Position numbers and translations under genes: made by a program. From Nanobdellota archaeon (lineage in GTDB: Archaea; Nanobdellota; Nanobdellia; Woesearchaeales; GW2011-AR9), in assembly GCA_018824365.1 (NCBI GenBank), contig JAHJGQ010000029.1, positions 1-53,135 on the forward strand: 53,135 nt of DNA. Reading direction: 5' to 3'. The notes beneath the pieces are model-generated. The model had not been told where the DNA came from. It searched no databases and saw only the letters and a program-made list of their open reading frames with translations. Of the stretch, positions 47,380 through 53,135 are shown piece by piece; the first letter of the stretch is position 1; each line of letters opens with the position of its first letter.

Positions 47380-48057
47380 TCAAAACTTAACCAAATATTT
47401 TAACAATATCCAGATTATAAATCCAACTATCCCTAAAAAGATAATCTTGATGAATAAAAATCTTACTCTTCTCTTAAGTTTTTTCCAAAACCTTCTTCTT
47501 TCTGCTCTCTTTCTTAATACTTCATCAAAATGGCTTTTTACTTTAAATATCCTGATGGGTCTTTTCAAACCTCTTAATTTTCTTAAGCCCAGATGAATAT
47601 ATTGTGTCTCATTTTTATTCATTGCAGAATAAACTGCTTCACTAAAAACAATCTCTCCAGCTTTAGCTATACCTTCTAATCTGGCTGCTATATTTACGGC
47701 ATCTCCATAGATATCATTTTTCCTTATGCTGACTTCTCCTGTATGAAGTGCTACCCTTATCATTAATTCATCTTTGGATTTTTTTCCTTTACTATATTTC
47801 TGAAAAGTATTTTGTAATTCCATTCCGCAGAGTACTGCATTTGTTGGAGACTTAAAAGATACTAAGAAAGCATCGCCTATTTTCTTGATTATTTTTCCAT
47901 CATAATTTCTAAACACTGGAATGGAAAGTTCATCAAATATGTCATGTAGTTCATTAAACTTCTCCCGGCTAAGCCTAGCAGTAGTTTTAGTATATCCTAC
48001 TATGTCAATAAACATTATAGTTAATACTTCAAAATCAGGATATTCTTTATTCATCAC
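47380..48057 (-). CDS. Class III adenylate/guanylate cyclase with C-terminal TM
   Basis: FIDIVGYT, KKIGDA, DIYGDAVNIAARL. Confidence 0.9.
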   Translation of the reverse strand: MMNKEYPDFEVLTIMFIDIVGYTKTTARLSREKFNELHDIFDELSIPVFRNYDGKIIKKIGDAFLVSFKSPTNAVLCGMELQNTFQKYSKGKKSKDELMIRVALHTGEVSIRKNDIYGDAVNIAARLEGIAKAGEIVFSEAVYSAMNKNETQYIHLGLRKLRGLKRPIRIFKVKSHFDEVLRKRAERRRFWKKLKRRVRFLFIKIIFLGIVGFIIWILLKYLVKF

Positions 48058-48165
48058 TACCTAGGAATTATTCCCATTTATAAATGTTTTTTAATTTTTT
48101 ACTGTAAATAAAGTATTAAAGCTTTATTTACATCCTAAAAATCAATTAACTAAACTTTAATTTAA

Positions 48166-49047
48166 TCATTGATTTTTCTTGAGTTCCTTAAGCAAGATAG
48201 GTGTAATGTCAATCTTATTGGTTGGATGTTCAATACAATTTGTTGTAAATATCCTGTCAACACCGGCTTTCTTTAATTTATCAATGGCATTCTCAACAAA
48301 CAGGCCATGAACTCCTATGGCAGTAACGCTTTTTGCTTTCATTTTCTTAGCTTTCTTGGCAGCTTCTGCTATTGTATGTCCGGTAGAAATGATGTCATCA
48401 ACGATTACAACATTCTTCCCTTCAATTGAAACTGGTTTAATCATCTTTTCAGTTACATGTCTTGAGCTAAACCTTGTTTTTTTTAATACTGTAGCTTCTG
48501 CTCCAATTTGTTTGGCGATAACTTCTGCCCATTGATAAGATTCCCAATCTGGTCCCATGATAACTACATCTTTCATCTTTTTCTTGATGAACTCTGCAAT
48601 TACAGGGTTGGCTGTTAATTTCACAGCAGAAATAGTAAATATGTCTTTTAGCGACTTATATCTATGGATGTGTGGATCGATAGTAATAATCTTATCTATT
48701 GAATTGTTCAATAACTTGGCCATTATTCTTGAGGAGATAGCTTCCCCTGAATTAAATCTTTTATCTTGTCTCATGTATGCTAAATATGGTGCAACAAGAA
48801 CAACCTTCTTTGCTCCAAGATCTTTTGCAGTTTCAGCAGCAAAAATAATGTCAAACAGTGACATATCGGAATTTGGCTGGAATGATTGGACTATTACAAC
48901 TTTTTTATTTTTTACATCTGTATTAAATCTCAGATAAATATCTCCATCTGGAAAAGAAGAGATTGTTAATGGAGAAAACTTCTTCTTTAATTTTTTAGCG
49001 ATTTCTTTAGCGATATCAATAGAATTGCCGCAGCTCGTAATTATCAT
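48166..49047 (-). CDS. prs: Ribose-phosphate pyrophosphokinase
   Basis: FPDGD, PYLAYMRQDK, VDDIISTGHT; SD GAGGTGA before ATG 49047. Confidence 0.95.
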   Translation of the reverse strand: MIITSCGNSIDIAKEIAKKLKKKFSPLTISSFPDGDIYLRFNTDVKNKKVVIVQSFQPNSDMSLFDIIFAAETAKDLGAKKVVLVAPYLAYMRQDKRFNSGEAISSRIMAKLLNNSIDKIITIDPHIHRYKSLKDIFTISAVKLTANPVIAEFIKKKMKDVVIMGPDWESYQWAEVIAKQIGAEATVLKKTRFSSRHVTEKMIKPVSIEGKNVVIVDDIISTGHTIAEAAKKAKKMKAKSVTAIGVHGLFVENAIDKLKKAGVDRIFTTNCIEHPTNKIDITPILLKELKKNQ

Positions 49048-49101
49048 CAAACTCACCTCTTTGTGCAAAGGTAAAATTTTTATGTTTATAAAAGTAATCT
49101 T

Positions 49102-49226
49102 TAAGTGTAAAATAGGTCAGCTTGCACGGCACGATTATTTTTGGCTCAAAGTAAAATCTTAACAACTTAATTTAAGCTCAACTTACCAAAAATGTGCCTC
49201 CATTGGCAAAGCAGACCTATTACTTA
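49102..49226. other. Long structured hairpin between divergent prs and lysS
   Basis: Nested pairs AATAGGTC/GACCTATT, GCTTGC/GCAAAGC, GGCAC/GTGCC, TTTTTGG/CCAAAAA. Confidence 0.6.
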
Positions 49227-49324
49227 TCTTTAAGTGAGCTATTAAAGCAAATAAATTAAATTTTCTTGAAGTATACTTAATAGTTTGAAAAAGTTTATAT
49301 AATTCTTCTTTTTAGTTTGTTTTC

Positions 49325-50848
49325 ATGGCAAAGAAATTGGAGATAGATGCAAGCAAACTGCAAAAATTAAATGAATTAAAAGAAAAAGGAGTGGATCCTT
49401 ATCCTTATACTTTTAGTCAGACCCATCATGCTAAAGAGATTAATGAGATGTATTCTACACTGAAAAAAGAGACAAAAACAAAAGTTAAAGTAAGTATCGC
49501 TGGAAGAATTATGTTAAAAAGAGTCATGGGTAAGGCGAGTTTTTTTCATATCCAAGATGAAACTGGAAGAGTACAATTATATCTTACAAAAGATATTCTT
49601 GGTGATGAACTTTACAAAATTCTGACAAAGAAAACCGATATGGGAGATATAATTGGTGCAGAAGGAATTATTTTTAAGACTAAGATGGGGGAAGTTACTA
49701 TAGAAGTGCAGTCAGCAGAAATTCTTTGTAAATCTTTGTTAATGCTTCCTGAAAAATTTCATGGTCTTAAAGATATTGAATTGAAATACAGACAAAGATA
49801 CCTTGACTTGATAATGAATCCTGAAACAAAAGATGTTTTCCTGAAAAGAAGCGAGATGATTAAAGTGATTAGGGATTATTTTTCAGAAAAAGGATTTATT
49901 GAAGTTGAAACTCCAGCATTACAGACAATTTATGGTGGAGCTAATGCTCGGCCTTTTATCACTCATATAAATGCTTGGGACATGGAAATGTATCTTTCTA
50001 TCTCTCCTGAACTTTTCCTTAAAAGATTGCTTGTGGGAGGATTTGAAAAAGTTTTCACTATCTGTAAAAATTTCAGGAATGAAGATGTTGATCCTTCACA
50101 TAATCCTGAATTTACAATGTTGGAGATATATCAAGCTTATGTTGATTATAATGCTATGATGGAGTATCTTGAACAGGTTTACGAAAAAGCCTGTATCGCT
50201 ATAAATGGTACAACAAAAGTGATGCAAAAATACAAAGGGAAAGAAGTAGTTATTGATTTTAAAGCTCCCTGGAAAAGGATGACCATGATTGATGCTCTTA
50301 AACATTATGCTGATATTGATGTTTCTAAGATATCCGAGAAAGATATTAAGAATATTGTTGAAAAGAATAAGATTGAATATGAATCTGATTTTAGCTGGGG
50401 TTTAGGAGTGCAATTGTTGTTTGAGGAATTTGTAGAAGAAAAATTAATTCAACCGGTGCATATCTATGACCATCCTAAAGAAAGCACACCGCTTTGTAAA
50501 CCAAGCCGGAATGATTCTCGCTTAATTGAACGATTTGAATCTTTTTGTATGGGTATGGAGCTATGTAACGCTTATTCTGAATTAAATGATCCTATATTAC
50601 AAAGGGGATTGTTAGAGAAACAAGCAAAAGAATTACGTGCAGGAGATGAGGAAGCCCATCCCATGGATGAGGATTTTGTTAATGCTATAGAATATGGAAT
50701 GCCGCCTGCCGGCGGTTTAGGTTTTGGTATTGACAGGATGGCTGTCATCTTGACTGGAGTTGATGCAATAAGGGATGTAATTTTATTTCCTACAGTTAAA
50801 CCTGTTGAAGAAGAGAAAAAAAGGCAAGAAGATCAGAAAAGCAGCTAA
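49325..50848 (+). CDS. lysS: Lysyl-tRNA synthetase, class II
   Basis: OB fold; YRQRYLDL, GGANARPF, motif 2 FRNE....HNPEF, motif 3 GLGFGIDR. Confidence 0.95.
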   Translation: MAKKLEIDASKLQKLNELKEKGVDPYPYTFSQTHHAKEINEMYSTLKKETKTKVKVSIAGRIMLKRVMGKASFFHIQDETGRVQLYLTKDILGDELYKILTKKTDMGDIIGAEGIIFKTKMGEVTIEVQSAEILCKSLLMLPEKFHGLKDIELKYRQRYLDLIMNPETKDVFLKRSEMIKVIRDYFSEKGFIEVETPALQTIYGGANARPFITHINAWDMEMYLSISPELFLKRLLVGGFEKVFTICKNFRNEDVDPSHNPEFTMLEIYQAYVDYNAMMEYLEQVYEKACIAINGTTKVMQKYKGKEVVIDFKAPWKRMTMIDALKHYADIDVSKISEKDIKNIVEKNKIEYESDFSWGLGVQLLFEEFVEEKLIQPVHIYDHPKESTPLCKPSRNDSRLIERFESFCMGMELCNAYSELNDPILQRGLLEKQAKELRAGDEEAHPMDEDFVNAIEYGMPPAGGLGFGIDRMAVILTGVDAIRDVILFPTVKPVEEEKKRQEDQKSS

Positions 50849-50853
50849 ACTTC

Positions 50854-51147
50854 TCAAAGATGCTTAGGCTCGTATAACTGTACGCCTATAACATACTTAA
50901 ATTTGCCGGCATCTTCACCAAATCTTTCTTTTAATGTTTTATATCCAACATTCTTTTGGACAACTTGACCATCTTCTATTTGCTCTTTTACAAGAAATCC
51001 TTCTTCATTATATTCTTCGCCTATCCGCCATCTGATCTGGGCACTTCCTATCTCTAAGGAAATATTTGAACCTACTTCTTTTCTTTCGTTAAGATGTACT
51101 CTTGCTCCTTTTCTTGTAACATCAGTTATCAATATGTCTTCAATCAT
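50854..51147 (-). CDS. Hypothetical protein
   Basis: 97-aa ORF filling the intergenic space; no recognised motif. Confidence 0.55.
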   Translation of the reverse strand: MIEDILITDVTRKGARVHLNERKEVGSNISLEIGSAQIRWRIGEEYNEEGFLVKEQIEDGQVVQKNVGYKTLKERFGEDAGKFKYVIGVQLYEPKHL

Positions 51148-51178
51148 TTTAGAATGTGATAATTACCATTTTAAAAAT

Positions 51179-51700
51179 CTATTGCTTAAACCAATGTAAA
51201 ATAGGGAACATACTTTTTTCTTCTTCATCTAATACAAAGAAGCTTGTTTGATCAAATCCCATCCTTTGATATTCTTGAACTTCATAGTAGAAAGTAGGTT
51301 CGACCAAAATACTTTCAATAGTGGGATCTTCTTTTAAAATTTGTAGCATTTCGGGAAAGTATTCATTAGCATATAATGGAGTAAATGTCTCCCTTCCTTG
51401 TTCATAAGTGATGACTGCTGTAATCACTGCTATTGTTTCAGCAGTGACTATGTCCGATAATTTGTCTTTTTGATTTCCAAATTTGTCACATATCTCTTTA
51501 GTAGAAAAATATTCTCGTACATCCTGATCGAAATCAGGTGAAGAGGGATCAAAAACTTCATACTGCAATACAGCTTTCACTCCTGGAAACTTAGCTGTTA
51601 TATTCCCATCATTAATTTTTCCTAGTTTGACATCTTGATAATGGTCTTCTACAACATATGTCAAGCCTTCTCTATCCTGTCTAAAGTAGCTAATAATCAT
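51179..51700 (-). CDS. Hypothetical protein
   Basis: 173-aa acidic ORF; no recognised motif. Confidence 0.55.
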   Translation of the reverse strand: MIISYFRQDREGLTYVVEDHYQDVKLGKINDGNITAKFPGVKAVLQYEVFDPSSPDFDQDVREYFSTKEICDKFGNQKDKLSDIVTAETIAVITAVITYEQGRETFTPLYANEYFPEMLQILKEDPTIESILVEPTFYYEVQEYQRMGFDQTSFFVLDEEEKSMFPILHWFKQ

Positions 51701-51735
51701 TTTTTCTAAAACATCTAGAAATCCTCTTTAAAAAA

Positions 51736-51889
51736 TGGTGTGGACGGCAGGGCTTTCGTTAGTTTCCTAATCTTCCTCTTACCAGATTTAGGAAATCTGT
51801 TTCGAACCTGCGTAAGCACTAAGCTAATGGGTGTCTTCGGAAAGACATCCGCCTAAGCCCATCCCGTTTGACCTCTCCGGCACGTCCAC
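51736..51889 (-). tRNA. tRNA-Leu(TAG) with two introns (37/38: 51833-51851; 59/60: 51753-51800) and encoded CCA
   Basis: Acceptor GTGGACG/CGTCCAC+A+CCA; ATGGG-CTTAGGA-CCCAT; long variable arm; T-loop BHB helix TTCG/CGAA. Confidence 0.92.
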
Positions 51890-51954
51890 ATTGGGATGTT
51901 TTGAGAAGAGTTTATTTAAAAAAGTATCGGAAAAGAAAGAAAAAAAAGAAAAAA

Positions 51955-52869
51955 TTAAACTAATTCTCTCACTTCAGGAAGGAGTTCATCTTTTTCTATA
52001 TGTTTGAGGAAACAACCGAGATTATATCCATATCTATTTGCACGAGTTGCACTTGATCTTAGATCACTTGTTGCTTCGTCTAACCTGGTTTGCATACTAC
52101 TGAATGAATTGTAAGTGCTTTTAACTTTTATCAGTGTACTTACAAGCTCTTTCATAGCGTGTTTTCTTACATTTTCTGAGAGTTTTTCATTTTCAGTCAT
52201 TTCTATAAGTACTTCATAACCTTTTTCTAGGCTTAATCTTTCATAAACATCCTCGATTGCTTCTCCAGCTGTACCTAATGGTAAATCCACATTACTACCA
52301 ATTTCATTCATATATTTAGCCACCCAATTGCATCTTGGATAGTCGTTGAATAATGCTTGAGGAATGTTTTTTGGTTTGTCATTGAGGCGTGTATCCAAGT
52401 ATCTTTGAGCTTCGCTTATTCTTTCATTAGCATTATCCAAACTATTTCTAACTGGTCCAGTTATTCCTTCAATCAGACCAGAAGCCATTTCTTTAATTCT
52501 CTCTTTTGCCGAATCTCTTATGTCTTCAGAAATTCTTTCATCTTCAGATAAAAGTATTAATCTTTTATAACCCAAGCATGCGTAACCATAACCTAAGCCC
52601 AAAAAACCCATATAAGGAACAGAATTATCAACGAGAGTTCTAGCTGCTTTCTCAACTCTTTCCTCCGCTAATTTTCTTATCTGTTCAGGGAGCTCTTCAT
52701 GATTAGCAATATCTGTGAGGCTTTGATAATCTCCACTTTTAGCATATTTGTCTAAGCACTTTGGTAGTTCTGTTACACACCATTTTTCTCCTTTTGCTGC
52801 TCCTTCAACAATATAACTCCAAAATCCAAAATTTTGTTTTTTTCTATCCATCTTTTCATCAATTGTCAT
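51955..52869 (-). CDS. Hypothetical alpha-helical repeat protein
   Basis: Recurring E.L/I.E.I/VR..A motif (EELPEQIRKLA, ERISEDIRDSA, EKLSENVRKHA); GGAGG SD. Confidence 0.65.
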   Translation of the reverse strand: MTIDEKMDRKKQNFGFWSYIVEGAAKGEKWCVTELPKCLDKYAKSGDYQSLTDIANHEELPEQIRKLAEERVEKAARTLVDNSVPYMGFLGLGYGYACLGYKRLILLSEDERISEDIRDSAKERIKEMASGLIEGITGPVRNSLDNANERISEAQRYLDTRLNDKPKNIPQALFNDYPRCNWVAKYMNEIGSNVDLPLGTAGEAIEDVYERLSLEKGYEVLIEMTENEKLSENVRKHAMKELVSTLIKVKSTYNSFSSMQTRLDEATSDLRSSATRANRYGYNLGCFLKHIEKDELLPEVRELV

Positions 52870-53135
52870 TTTTCATCATCTCCTCCTTTTTTATTAGGCA
52901 GAAAGGAAACTGCTTGTTTATTACAACTAAGTAGTAACACAACAAGTATATAAATAAAAGTGTCCCCCTACAAGACGACTTTAGAAAGATTTATATAGAA
53001 GCTGAGCTTTCTCCTGGTCTATAGCGAAGCGGTGACCAGGGGTGCAATTTATCAAGAACTAATTCTTATCTTAACTTGAAGAAGAATAAAAGCTAATGCC
53101 AGCAGAGCCCTTTTCGTAAAGAGTTGCTGGCTAAA

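Noticed and set aside
707..52551. Many short antisense or nested ORFs in the track (e.g. 9116-9484, 26258-26851, 43412-44044)
   Set aside because: They are shadows of well-supported genes on the opposite strand or frame
1..53135. CRISPR array, integrase/prophage, reverse transcriptase, rRNA
   Set aside because: No regularly spaced repeats or recognisable motifs seen
1..53135. Alternative genetic code (TGA recoding)
   Set aside because: TGA ends several conserved genes at the expected positions (e.g. iscU, prs, radical SAM at 28067) and long ORFs are intact under code 11

Overview
AT-rich archaeal chromosome segment. It is most consistent with a DPANN archaeon of the Woesearchaeota type (inference from rpl10e, NOG1, Hel308, TATA-box promoters, BHB-type tRNA introns and the large FlaI/TadA plus TadC pair). 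Coding content: a type IV pilus-like ATPase and platform protein split by an iscS-iscU-regulator operon and a Cys-rich surface-protein cluster; Ig/cadherin-repeat surface proteins; two radical SAM enzymes; a Hel308 helicase lacking its N-terminal domain; two toxin-antitoxin-like pairs; transporters; a class III cyclase; prs; and a class II LysRS. The non-coding DNA is the richest part. All five tRNA genes carry 2-3 introns, mostly at non-canonical positions (Phe, Ala, Pro, Ile, Leu), and a recurring tandem-GA hairpin motif sits in or beside three of them. There is also a 145-bp MITE with 16-bp TIRs and a 9-bp TSD, a 96-bp dispersed palindromic repeat, and a stand-alone ~100-nt K-turn/UUCG RNA. 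The best candidate for a new system is a ~220-nt multi-helix RNA with a predicted kissing loop (40597-40814, minus strand), flanked by two unannotated, highly charged micro-ORFs. All folds and family calls were made by eye; no searches were run.
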